From Eledone cirrhosa (lineage: Eukaryota), in the NCBI GenBank assembly GCA_964016885.1, contig OZ024740.1, positions 381,238,001-381,302,000 on the forward strand: a stretch of DNA of 64,000 bases. Reading direction: 5' to 3'. The notes below the pieces were generated by a model that worked only from the letters and a program-made list of their open reading frames with translations, had not been told where the DNA came from and did no database searches. This document shows positions 49,495 to 62,440 of this stretch, piece after piece. The position numbers and the translations under genes are program-made. How positions within the stretch are numbered: the first letter of the stretch is position 1; every line of letters starts with the position of its first letter.

Positions 49495-52400
49495 TTAGAA
49501 ATGCCTACTGGCAAGGCGGGTCTTCTCTGTTACTGAGTACCGCCAAAGGTCTCGGTCCAGTGACATTGTCTTGGAGAGGTGTAAGTGTGTGAGGTCGGAG
49601 TTTATCAGCTCGTCCCAGGTTTTTCTAGGTCTGCCTATTCCGTGGCTACCGTCTATCTTTATTGCCCTGCACTTTGTTATACAGCTATCGACTTTCATGC
49701 GCATCACGTGTCCATACCAATGTAGCCTTCTCTCGAGTAAACAACATCTGATCCTTCTTATCTCTAATTTTTTCCTTAGTTCGTTTATGCTTTGCCGTTC
49801 ACGTATATTACTGTTACACATCCAGCGGAGCATGAAAGCTTCGTTCCTCTCTAGTCTGCGTATATCCTCTGCACACAATGCCCAGGTCTCACTGCCATGC
49901 AACATTGCTGTTCGTATGCAGGCATCGTACAACCTGCCTTTCATTTTTAGGGAGAACCCTTTAGCAGCTAATAGTGGTATAAGCTCTCTGAACTTTTTCC
50001 AACCAGTTCTGACTCTAGCTACTGTACTTTCAGAGCACCCTCCCCCACTGCTGATTTTATCGCCCAGGTAACGGAAGCTGTCCACTATTTCTATAGAACC
50101 CTCTGTGCAATTGAAAGAGCTAGTATTTTGTGGGCACTTGCTGCTACTTATTGGACCAGAACACCGGCCACATGTAAAATCTATGTTCTTAGTTAGCTTA
50201 CCTGTGATCCCACTACATCTTTTATGCACCCATACTTTGCATTTAGGACATAAAATGGAGTTTCTACCTACGCCTTTCCTACACACCGAGCACGACCATT
50301 TCCCAGAAGGGACCGCCGCCTTGTTTTCTTTCCTACAAACTAGAACTTTAGTCTTAGCCAGGTTAATTTTAAGTCCTTTTGACTCTAGGCCGTGCTTCCA
50401 TGTTTGGAATTTCTTCTCTAGCTCGGCCATTGATTCCACTATGAGTGTCAGGTCGTCTGCATATAGGAGTTCCCATGGGCAGCCGGTCTTGAACTCCTCT
50501 GTTATAGCCTGAAGGGCAATAATAAATAGTAGGGGGCTGAGAACAGAGCCCTGATGGACGCCAACTTTTACACTAAACTCTTCACTATATTCGTTGTTAA
50601 TTCTAACCTTGCTGACTGTTTCTTTATACATGGCTTGTATAGCCCTCACAAGCTATTCGTCAACGCCTAGTTTTCTAAGAGCCCACCAGATAATGGAGCG
50701 GGGGACTCTGTCGAAGGCTTTCTCCAAGTCGACAAAAGCGAAGTAGAGGGGTTTACCTTTAGATAGGTACTTCTCCTGTAGTTGTCGTACTATGAAAAGA
50801 GCGTCTGTGGTACTTTTGCCTGACACAGACCCGAACTGCATTTCATCTAGGTCAATTCTCTCTCTGATTAGTTGCGCTATTACTTTTTCCGTGATCTTCA
50901 TGACCTGGTCGATTAATTTAATGCCTCGATAGTTACTCCTATCTAGGGCGTCTCCTTTACCCTTATAACAGTTAACGATGATGCTGCTATGCCAGTCCTT
51001 CGGAACAACCCCATTCTGTACGACTTGGTTAACTATGCGGGTGACCATGGTGTGTCCCACCATGCCAGATGCCTTCAGCATCTCAGCAACTATTTCCGAA
51101 GGCCCAGCCGCCTTACCCGTCTTCATATCCTTGATTGCCTTACTTATTATACTCCCCTCAACTAACACTGCTGGTCCCTCTATTGGGTCGATATGGGGGA
51201 GACTGTTTTTCTCCCATTTATTCTCCTCATTTAGTAGCCTTTCATAGTGACACTTCCAAGCTACCTTCTTATCAGCGTCGGTGATGGCAAGTGTGCCAGC
51301 ATCGTTTAGTACACACTTCTCCCCGACAATATCACGGTTTTCCTTGACGCATTGCCTAGCAATCCTGAACACCTCACGTTTTTGGTCCTCGCGTTGTAGA
51401 ACATGCTTGAACTTTCTTTCCTCTGCTTCCCTTCTTGCTAAGTACACTTGTCTCCTAGCTTCCCTCCTAGCCACTTGATAGTCTTCTCTACTTCCCCCAT
51501 CCCGCCATACTTTCCAAGCCTGCTTTTTGGCCTTAATTGACCCCTCCACTTTACTGTTCCACCACCATGTTACTCTCCTCCTGCCTACAGGCCTGCTCCA
51601 GCCACAGACTTCGTCTGTCGCCATCAGCAGGTTTGCTTTCAGAAATTCCCACTGTCGCTCTATATTGTCCGACTGTAAATGTTCTTCCTTACTGTCGAAA
51701 GCATCAAGTAATATGCTTTGAAATTTATTTCTGGCTGTGGGGTCCTTTAGCTTCCATATTTTTCTCCTGAGGATAGTCCTCTTCTGCTGTCGAGTACGTC
51801 TCGTCCTGACTATGAGGTCGCTAATTATCAGTCTATGTTGGGAGGTGCATTCTTCATGGGGGAGGGATTTAGTGTTTACGACAGACACTCTGTCACGTCT
51901 TCTGGTAAGGATATAATCTACCTGGCTTGTGTGTTCCCCGGATCTGTAGGTGATCAAGTGATTGTCACGTTTTTTGAAGTTAGTGTTACAGATAGTTAGG
52001 TTATTTGCATCACAGAATTCCAGGATTCTGGAGCCTTCCTCATTTCTAGTACCAAACCCATAGCCTCCATGGATTTCGTCGTAGCCGTCACAATGTTGTC
52101 CAACGTGACCATTTAGGTTGCCTGCAATAATTATATAGTCACTGTCGGATATTTGGGAGGTAGTTAGCATCAGTGTCTCATAGAATCTGTCTTTTATAGT
52201 GCCGGGCAGTCCGGATTGGGGTGCGTACGCAGATATTACTGTCACCGTAGTTCTATTGAGGACAAGTCGTATTTTAATTATTCTGTCGTTCACTCTATTT
52301 ACGTCTATTATCTTATCTGCCCACTTTTCTGCTACCATGATTCCTACTCCACCCAGCCCATCGTCGTTTCCCACCCAGAAAAGCTTATAACATCGTTTTT

Positions 52401-52608
52401 TACCCTCAATGAATCTAGCAGACCCACCCCTCCACCTGGTCTCTTGAATACAACATACATCGACCTCCTTACGTTCAAGTATTTCTACAACCTCGTTAGC
52501 GCGACCCTTTAGGGTGCCTACATTTATGGTACCAACTCTGAAGTTTTGGATTGCGTTTGGAGGGTGGGGGCGGTGGGGGGCGGGGGGAGATGGGGTTATG
52601 TTAGCCAT
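49495..52608 (-). pseudogene. RTE ORF: APE endonuclease + reverse transcriptase + PHD-like finger, one premature stop
   Basis: APE motifs GTINVGTL, IQETRW, SAYAPQ, DYIL. RT motifs FVDLEKAFDRV, GVHQGSVLSPLLF, YADD (50452-50463), YLG. The two track ORFs are in the same frame, separated by TAG at 50653-50655. The start Met at 52608 is inferred. Confidence 0.93.
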
Positions 52609-52905
52609 CCGCGGACGAAACAAAGAGGAGTGCTCGCATTCTCGTCCACGAGGTGCATTTGACTTTAACTTTGGCATTTTCGCTGAGTGTCCAGATTTTT
52701 CTCTCCCTCCCACTCTCCAGGATTCCGCAGTCCATCCATCCATCATATATCGAAGGCAACCGGGCAAGCGATAGTATAGGCCTCTGGCTTATGATTGGTC
52801 TGCGTAATAATAATAATGGTGATGCGTGGGGGGGGGGGCTCTGGCTTATGATTGGTCCACGTATTAAGAATGGTGGTGTGTGGGGGCGGGTGGGAGGGGT
52901 GTGGT

Positions 52906-53537
52906 GTAGCTAGCTGGAAGGTTATGATTGTTTAACAAGCGATTAACAAAAAGCAAAAATGCAAGATTTGTTCTGTTCAATACAACAAAAACTACCGTAT
53001 TTAACATAAATAACAAAAAAATACAGATTTCGGATTTTGCAAGATTGGATGTTTGGACTAGGTACGAAATTGAAGCGTGGAGTAGACAGAAAAATGTGTA
53101 CGTTACGATTTCATGAGGTACACCGTAGTAGGAAACAGCACTGAATTGAAACAGCAATGAGTTGGCGAAAAGTGATTAAACATGAAGGGGAGTTTATGTT
53201 ATATATATATATATATGTAGCTAAGAGAGAGAGAGGGGGAGGGGGAGAGAGAGTGAGTGGCTGACCGCAGTCCCTCGTGAAGTAGATGGAGGGTGAAGGG
53301 TGCCTGGGTGTAGAAGCGGGATTTTTGACTTTCGAAGTAGCATAATATATATTTAAAGGAATTTATAAGAAGCAGAATGGGAAGGATTTTGTTTTGTTTT
53401 GAGAATACGATAGAATTAAGGAATTGAGGAATTGGGTAGCTAGCTGGAAGGTTATGATTGTTTAACAAGCGATTAACAAAAAGCAAAAATGCAAGATTTG
53501 TTCTGTTCAATACAACAAAAACTACCGTATTTAACAT
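52906..53537. repeat. 102-bp perfect direct repeat with 530-bp period
   Basis: 52906-53007 is identical to 53436-53537. Confidence 0.95.
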
Positions 53538-55309
53538 GTATATTTAAAAACATTTTTTGGTTGCATAAATCTTATTTTATTATAGCATTCCTTTTTTGTT
53601 TTTCTCTGTAGTAGAATAATGATTTTATAGATTTAGAATATATTTTGGAATGTTTCTGGTGTCTGTGTCTGGTTTAGAATGGGATACACCTTGTTCTTGC
53701 ATATCATTTGAGGTGACTAAATTGATTTGCACCAGAAAGAACATGCAGCTGCAGAACATTATTGCCACTATAAAACATTGCTATAAAAAGGATGCTATGG
53801 CTAATATAAAATTATCTTCAGGTCCATTGTTTTTAGTGTGTGTTATATTTAACCCCCCCCCCCCCCCACACACACACACACACCACCTTAATTATAGAAG
53901 ATAGATGTTTCATGGCAACTATGAGATTTCAAGTTTGGTTCCACTGCTTACCATTTTCAACAAGTGATTATTAACACACCCATGTGTCAAGCCAAGTCTT
54001 GTGAATTAAATTGGATTGACAGAAACTGTTGGGAATTCTCTCAAATGTACTTGTAATTCAAAGGGCCAGCTGTGTTTCATGCTAAATCATGAGAATTCCA
54101 TTAAGGAGCCAAAGCTTGCATAATACTAAGCTATTTATGTTAGTTTAATGAGTAAACTGTTCCAATGACTAGGTGACTGGAACACTAATCATTGAAACTG
54201 ACAGTGGTCTGTTTATCTTTACCTAAGTTATAGGAAGAAGATCAGTGGCTATGGTCATTGCAAGGCCTTCGCCACTCAATTGGTGATGGTGAAAGGAAGA
54301 ATAAAACAAGACCTTATGGATTGCTGCATTGGGAATAAGTGCATAAAGATAGTGTTATTTAACATCAGACAGGCATCCTTGTCTGAATGCATTCAGCAGA
54401 CTGGTAATCTGCTCTGAATACTAGCAGCAGTGCAAACTCTGCAAAAGACACACGTGGGCCATGTGTTGGTGTTAAATTGAATAACAAATTGGTCTATTGC
54501 CCCAAATAAAACCAGTTTGATGGGCTTCTCACACAGTTTCTGCCCGACCCAGACATTTCTAAATTATGTCATTGATAATCTTTAGATTTCATTAAATCAA
54601 ATCTGATGTTTTTATGAATATTTGGCTGTAAAGCATGTTTGAGATCTGACACTTTGTGACAACACCATCATCTTACTACTGAGTTAGATGGGTACAGACC
54701 ATGTCAGTATTTAAGTGGAGCAAGTAACAACTCATGTGGATGGGTGACATTTCTCTTACAGGGATATTTGATGGTTTATTTGTTAACTCTGAGTCACTAA
54801 CAAAGCTTAATGTGTCATGAAAGAAAATTGTGTTTTTAAAAAGTGTGTCATCAATGTGAAATTTGGGAAGATTTGGTCCACATAGTTTCCTTTAACATTA
54901 ATTGAGTTAATCCAAAGTTATGGTAGAATGCACTTATTCAAGGTGCAATGTATCAAAAGCAAAACCATGTGGTTGTGAAGTAAGCTTCTTAATCACATGG
55001 ACATGTCTACCTTAGAGGATTGTTTAGTCATTTTTATTCTGTTGGCTTTATCTCAAGATGGTTTCTTTATTGAACATGTTGTATCAATTGGTGTTTTGTA
55101 TTTGTGTCTGAATTGTAGTGGTGATTTTAGATCAAGGTCAGTTCTAATTGAACAGACCTAAGTTCATAAGAAGTTCAGTCTTTTTGTATATCGTCTTACA
55201 TTTTGTAAGGTGTTACGGTGTGATTTGAAGGAGAATTGACTGTTATTTTTAGTATGTCGAGCAACCAAGTAGACTCCTTTGGCTGGTTATTCTTGTTGTT
55301 TGGTTTCAT

Positions 55310-55630
55310 TTCAACTCTTGTTGGAAAGTATGAAGCTGTTTTTCCGTTCTGCTGGTACTCTTCCATGTGTAAGCAGTATAGGTTGTTTTTGAGATAACAA
55401 TTGACCAGAATAACCTTAATTTCATTTGTGATGTGAGCTTCTTTGATTGACATATTTATTGGAGTATATTGAATACTCCAGCACCTTTGGCTATCCTTTG
55501 TTTTATGTCAGCTTCAGTATTACCATCTACTGTCAGAACGCTACCAAGATATGTAAACTGTTGAACTTCTTTGTTTTCCCCATTGACTGAAACTTCATAT
55601 GCTTCACTGCAGGCAACTTTCTGTATTTTC
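55310..55630 (-). mobile_element. Old RTE-type RT fragment
   Basis: The minus strand reads VSVNGENKEVQQFTYLGSVLTVDGNTEADIKQRIAKGAGVF. Confidence 0.75.
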
Positions 55631-55995
55631 ATTTAATGTATATATATGTGCACATTTTTATTCTTTTACTGATTACATTCATTAGATTGCAGCCACATGT
55701 ATGCACACATGCACACACTAACACAGTCATCCAATAATTGAAAACATGCCTCAAAACGTTTTGTCCAGCCCATGTTAGCATTAATATTAATCTGAAATAA
55801 TAGATTAACTTTCATATATTAATTTTTACAGTGTATAATCTTAAGGCAGTTTATATTTTGATATCTCTAGTTTTAGAGTTTCTAATTTGGGAAGACATGA
55901 TTGTGTTGGAAAAAAACAAAGACTTACCTGTGTATCAGCTGTTATCAGATTCCTTCTTTGTCTATTTTGATTTGACTTTGAAAACTGCAAACATC

Positions 55996-56303
55996 TTTAG
56001 TGATATAGAAAACACATTTAGTGATATAGAAAACACATTTAGTGATATAGAAAACACATTTAGTGATATAGAAAACACATTTAGCGATATAGAAAACACA
56101 TTTAGCGATATAGAAAACACCTTTAGCGATATAGAAAACACCTTTAGCGATATAGAAAACACCTTTAGCGATATAGAAAACACATTTAGCGATATAGAAA
56201 ACACATTTAGCGATATAGAAAACACATTTAGCGATATAGAAAACACATTTAGCGATATAGAAAACACATTTAGCGATATAGAAAACACATTTAGTGATAT
56301 AGA
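55996..56303. repeat. 21-bp minisatellite, ~15 copies
   Basis: TTTAG[C/T]GATATAGAAAACAC[A/C] repeated. Confidence 0.96.
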
Positions 56304-57577
56304 AGACATCATTCAATGACGCTGCATATCCCCCCTCCGAAAAAAAAAAAGAAATATGAGCAATGTAATTGATTAGCATTTAATCACAACACATTCCAAC
56401 CTATGGGGATGTTATCGTCTATCTCTACCTTTTTTTTATCAGAACTACAGGCTGTTGTGCTCTTTGGAGTTGTGTGGACTGGTACCATCTTGACTTATAT
56501 ACTTCTTATTTAATCTCTCTTCAGTTCTTATACTGTGTCCACCAACCAAGCCCCCCCCCCCCCCCCATTCCAATAACGAGTGTGTTTAGTCTTTTCCCTT
56601 TCTGAACAATGGTCTTCTAGAAATTTCTTCCTGCCTTTGATGTTCCTATTGCCTCTCTGACCATGATGTTGTTACAGTTGTTAATTGTCAAACATTTAAG
56701 AGTAACATTAATTATGAAAGTAAAGAGACACTCCTCCAGACCAAATTATAATATTTTAAAAAAATCCACTTTTACATCTAACCAAATAAATGAATCATAT
56801 TGTCTAACATTTGACCCAAGTCAGAAGTTCTCAACCATTATTGGTTCGTTTACTCCATGGTATATTTTGGAAGTTAGTTTAACTCCACTCTGGTTTGTTT
56901 GCTAAATTGAATTTACATCTCTACCATAAATAGAATAACTGACAAAAGGGAAAAAAATCTTACAAGTAAATATAGAGAATGTCTTGACAAACATTCAGTT
57001 ATGTTGATGTTTTCATTCTAGTTTGTCATTCAGATCTTCAGAGTTATTCTCCCCTGAATATGACTACTACATTCACAACACTGTTATTAAGAAGAATAAA
57101 ATATAAATGGTAGAAAGAAAAAATGTACTTTGAAGAAAAAATAGTCATATTTCAGATTTTCTTCCGAAATTTAAAATTATAATTGAAAGCATTATGTATA
57201 AATCCAGAATCAGCAAATTTTATCCCTTGGGGCCTAATTTACCTCAAGTTAAAAACACCAATGAATCTAAGCGGGTGGGGGCCATATTTGATTAGATGAT
57301 AGTGCTTATAGTGTGTGCATGAATTTATGGTTATTACATAGGGAAATCTGAACACTCTCACTATCACAGAAGCAGGTAGAGTCTAATATCTGTATTTATA
57401 TTAACTATTCCATTAACATTCCTGCTATGCTACTATGATTTTAATGTAGCTGTGAAATGTGAATACTGTGTGCTTGTGTATAGATGTATAAAATAAACAT
57501 GCACACACTTTGTTTTCAGTTATTAGATTGTGGACATTCTGATGTCCCACATTCAAGGGGTTAGTCATATTAGAAGT

Positions 57578-57845
57578 CTGTCTTGAGTTCAGTGGTTCAT
57601 CAGACCAGTGCTTATCCTGGTTACCATGGCGTGAAGCATCTGAGAGTACAAGACTTCCCCTGGACAGGACACCAGTACATCATAGGGTTAAACCCATAGC
57701 TGTTGCTGGTACTCATTTTCAGCTGAGTATACTGGAGCAACATGAAATGAAGTATTTTGCTAAAGAACACAGCACACAACCCAGTCTAGGAATCGAACCA
57801 ACAACATTATGATCATAACTCCAACACCCTTACCACTAACTCCAT
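57578..57845 (-). mobile_element. tRNA-derived SINE sharing head/centre with family A but with a different 3' half
   Basis: B box GGTTCGATTCC. CAGCTGAGT..ACTGGAGCAA..TGAAAT shared with family A. Distinct CCCCTGGACAGGACACCAGT/TGATGAACCACTGAACTCA tail. Confidence 0.7.
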
Positions 57846-58786
57846 TACTTAATTCAACCTGGTACTTATTTTAGTGATTTATATTTGTCAAAGCACTAAT
57901 GTTACTGGATATAAATATGTGAAACATTTATATCCAGTATAGGTGATTCAGGGAATTATTGGTGGTGGTATCAATATGAACACTTGATGCTGAGGCAGTG
58001 TGTATATAATCATAATAATAATTAAAAAAATAAAGTTTTGTTTGCATGTTTTTCCTTTTCATAAAATATCATAAGTTTTATTGATTATAGAATATGCCAC
58101 ATCTGTTCAAAATGACAGGTGGACCTGTTAATAAATTTCCTATCTAAAGACTGTATTAATAGTGCAATATACCAATAATTTGTAACTTTTGATGAGTGTG
58201 AACCACCCACTGAAAATGATGGATCACAATGGTATATATAACCTCACAGCCAATTGTGTTGTCAACAATCACAGCTTCTTTTTTTAATTTCTAACGTTTT
58301 TTATTGGTTCATTGAAAGGTTTAAAGATAGTTATAAAAGCAGCTGTGAAGATACACTTTCAAAAGAGTGAGAAAAACATGTATCAAAGTTTGTGAAGTCA
58401 CTGTATCTTTAGTTATTGCACTCTCTCTCTGTCTCTTGCTAGTTTTGCAGGTTTTTTTTTTTTGTAGTTTATCTTGATAAATATATATAATACCAATTTC
58501 ATTGTATAAAAAAATGTGAATTTATGTATGAATATATGTGTGCAACTGTCTATGTCTATCTGTGTAGGCATATATATACATGCTATCAATGCAGTGCGCA
58601 GTAAAGTGCCTAAGACCAAATTTGAACTGCAAAGATTTATGCATCAAAATGCTATTCCACAAACACACCCAATCTATTCTGAGTTGTGCCTATCATGTTT
58701 GTTTTAAAACTTAAGTCATCAGCTGCTCTTTAGAGTTATCTTGCAGTACCTGAGTTTGACTGAAGAATGAATAATGGGATAGTTAG

Positions 58787-59138
58787 CTTCTTCTTCACCC
58801 ACTTATTCCTGAGAGGGTTGTGGAGGCAGTCCTCAAACACTCTTTCCAGCGATTCCTGTCAGAAGAAACCATCTCCAACTGATCCGACTGGATCCCAAAA
58901 TGAGACCGGCCAAGTTCATGGATGTTATCCATCCATCTTTCTCTGGGTCTACCCTGGGTCACCTTCTTGTTGGTTTTGCCCATAAAATCTGTCTAGCAAT
59001 TCTCTCCTGAGACATTCTAATCATATGCCCATAGTATCGTAGCTGTTATCTCTCAATTTAGAGAAGTAGCAGCTCTACCTGGAGTGACTCTCTGATCCCC
59101 GAGCTATGTACTCTATCAAGTAACATTACTCCAAAGAC
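58787..59138 (-). mobile_element. RTE-clade (Expander/Rex3-like) LINE 3' fragment with (GAA)n tail
   Basis: GRPRERWMDNI..DRNRWKE C-terminal motif. Homologous to 7546-7833. Confidence 0.82.
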
Positions 59139-61368
59139 GAACAGCAGTAAACTACTAGGAGAGATGGAGCAATGTGTGACACCTGTAGCTCTCAAGAAAA
59201 CTCTCACAACCCAGTGACGTAGCTACCACAAAGTAAGTAAAGACTGTCTCTAAAAAAGCCTAGTCTTCGCAGGTTTTACGATGTACAAGATTAGAGACTG
59301 GTGTAAATAAGACCACTAAAACTGAAAATACAATATGATGAGAAAAACGAAAAAGAACCATGCCACAGCGTCCTTCACGCAGGTTAACAAGGGATGAGTC
59401 AGGCTGTAGGTAGTGGGTCTGTTTGAAAAATATATTGCTGTCTCCATTTCATGCTACAAAAACTGATGATGAGGCTGTGACCTGTCTTGGCGTGTGATGG
59501 ACACACAAAGATTGTGAGATAATTATAAGTGTGTATGTGTGTCAAGGCTAATTACTTTCTTTCTCTTTATATTCCCGTCATTTCTATTCTTACTGATTAT
59601 CATTCTTAAGCTTCTTTCTCTTTTAGCTCTCCCTTTCTGACATTTTTATGGTGTTTCATATTATTACATTGGTTATATAAAGGTCGATTCAATTGATTAT
59701 ATAATCTTGAATTTCATCATCATAATCATCATTGTTTAATGTCTATCTTCCACACTAGCATGGGTTGTAAAAAGAAATCAGTATGACTGCAAATGGGCTG
59801 TGCTATAGCAAAATAATTAAGAATTCAAATCAGTAAATAATGAAGAATACGAATCCAAGAGTTTATATCTATTTGTAGGTGATATGCTGTGTGCATCTGG
59901 GAAAGACATTTACTTTAATTGTATACTGAATTGATAGTTAGAATCTTTCCACTACTAGAAAGCTTCATTTTCTCATTAATGCCCTTTAATAAAATAGTAT
60001 TGGATGCAAAGGGGCTGTAAATGTGGAGACTTGCTCTGCTCACAGAACCATCGTGGCTAAGAAGTAAGAAAAGAAAGAGATCGTTTTGGCAATGAACCAA
60101 AAGGATCGGTATCAGTTTGGGAGGCAGGAGTGCTTGAGGTCTATCTGATGCATGACAGCATGTTTCCTAATAATAGTCTGGGTTCTGTGAGTTATTCTTA
60201 TGTATGGGATAGAAGGGCATGCCCAGCTATTTCTCATGTGTAAAGATTGAAGTACTTGGTGTTGCAAAGGATAGTTAGCATAGAACTGATGGAAGTCTAA
60301 CCAATTAGCTGATTTCAAGTATCATAGGGTCTTGGAAGTGAGAGGCGTCAATTGTGTAGTATATGGATGTGTGGTGGGTAATTGCAACAATGCAATGATT
60401 AGATAATTTAATAGGTGTAGAGTCAATTATGGTCTAGCTGACCTTGTTTGGAAGTGAGAATGAGAGTATTTAAAGTGTTTGGATGTCAGTCAGGCATGCA
60501 TGTAGGGGATGAAATTAGTTGTACTGATTTGAGGATTGCAAAACATTCAGTTAGTTTCTGTAATGATAACACGTTGTACCACCCAGTCCAGAAATCGAAA
60601 CCACAACCTTATAATTGTCAATCTAATACACTAACCACTAGCCCATATGTCTCTACAAGCTAAGACTGTTATTTATTAGCATTTGATAAGAATGTCAGAC
60701 AAGCTTAATTAATCTTATAAGGCCCATACTTCATAGTTGATTTTTTTTGTTTGTTTGTTTTTTTTTATATTCATTGTCCGATTATCTTTGCACAGTTGGT
60801 AAGGAACGTATTTATAGGAAAACAGGTTGAAGTCATTTTATGATAGTGTTCTTCTTATGTTGGTGGTGGTGGTGGTTGATATGATTTGATTCGTTACTGC
60901 CTAAAAAAATGTTTTTAAGAATGTATTTTTCAATACGTTTTTCCCTTTTCTTTTTTAAACAGCTGGGAATAGTGTAAAGGGGATTAGGTTACAAAGTCTA
61001 GCAGCTTGAATGACTACATAGATACTCTCTTGCTGGCTTGAAATAACTTAAAAGAAACTTGAAAGAGTTGACATGGAAAAAAAAAACGAGATTAAAGTTG
61101 AGGAAAATTTTCACAATATTGATAAATGTAAAGAAAGGTCCTTTTATTTTTGTCATGAATCCCAGCTTTCTGTTTAAGGATTTTATAAATCAACAAATTA
61201 ACAACATATTACCAACAAAGTTTGCTTGTTTCTAATGTGAATTTCATATTTGTTTTTCTATCCATTCTAACAGAGATGGTCTTTGTCTAATAATTTAAAA
61301 AGAAAAGAAATCTGATTAATTTCTTCTGTTTGGGAAAGCTAGTTCATTAAAATTTTCTTTGACTCACA

Positions 61369-61487
61369 CACATCATCATCATCATCATCATCACCATCAC
61401 CATCATCATCATCATCATCATCATCATAATCATCATCATCATCATAATCATCATCATCATCATCATCATTATCATAATCATCATCAT
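61369..61487. repeat. (CAT)n microsatellite, expanded tail of an old minus-strand retroposon
   Basis: ~39 imperfect CAT units, followed by TGTCTGCTTTTCAT and GCTGGATGCTTTCCTAATACCAA tail modules. Confidence 0.85.
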
Positions 61488-62440
61488 ATGTCTGCTTTTT
61501 CATACGGGGTTTGATGGGTGATTACAGATCTAGTCAGTTCTTAATCACAACTCATGTCCTCATAGAAATGTCAAGGGACTACATCTTGCCCAATACATTC
61601 TATTTTAGTATTGTTCCTATGGCTGGATGCTTTCCTAATACCAATTACTTAGCAAAGTGTACTGAATACAATTTTATTGTGGCACCAGCATTAGAAATGT
61701 TGTCATGTCCTAGACAAGACTGAAGAGTTCTATGCTTTTGGAATAATTTATATGACTGAATGCTCTTCCTAATGTCTTACATGTTATGGGATGTACTGGG
61801 TGCATTTTACCATGGCACCAGCACTAGAAATTGCTTTGCTTATGGCATGACTGAAGAATCCTCTTTAGCCTATGTTGTTACTGTTAGAATGCTTCTTCAC
61901 TAAATCCAGAGCCCCCAAGGTCTCAGTTTACATAATTTCCCCTAATCACATGACTTAATCAGCCTATCATTGTTTTAAATCCGACCAAGATCAATTTGCA
62001 CTTTATCATTTTGGGATTGATAAAGTAAGTTCCATTTAAACAATGGGATGGATATAATTGACTATTACCCATGTCTTTGTGTTTACATTAAAAATGACTA
62101 TTACACTCAATACTAAATTAGTAAATAGAGAACAGGCATTAGATAGACAGACACTAACAGATGATGTAAAATTTTAATGTAGTACCTAAAAAATGTTTTG
62201 AGTTCATCTTTTATCATGGATGTCATTAGTTTTTACCTCTCAAGAGTTGTTAACATAGATATCTGTAAAAAAACATAGATATCTGTAAAAAAACTGGAGT
62301 CTCTACTTTGAGAAGTAATACATTGTTCTTCATGAACACATTTCTGTAGAGTAGATGCAAGTTCCTGGAAAAATAAGTTTCATTACCTAATTTGATTTGA
62401 ATTCCTAGTTAGAGTAGTTTCAATTTACTTATACCAATAA

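Larger units (their letters stand above)
49148..53537 (-). mobile_element. Near-full-length RTE-clade LINE (5' boundary uncertain: ~52800 or 53537)
   Basis: (GAT)n tail, ~345-bp 3'UTR, single APE+RT reading frame, CpG-rich (young) 5' region. No clear TSD found. Confidence 0.93.

Noticed and set aside
52609-52767. N-terminal extension of the 704-aa ORF
   Set aside because: It starts at a non-ATG codon and has no domain similarity. It is more likely 5'UTR, although upstream ATGs exist in frame.
49571-52913. Plus-strand ORFs overlapping the RTE
   Set aside because: Antisense shadows of a long coding frame, with no recognisable motifs.
19784-56303. Regular 21-30-bp repeat arrays as CRISPR-like loci
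   Set aside because: Head-to-tail tandem units with no unique spacers, no cas genes, and a eukaryotic context.
59960-60480. Possible old LINE RT remnant on the minus strand
   Set aside because: The composition is suggestive, but no diagnostic motif could be read. It needs a TBLASTN/HMM search.
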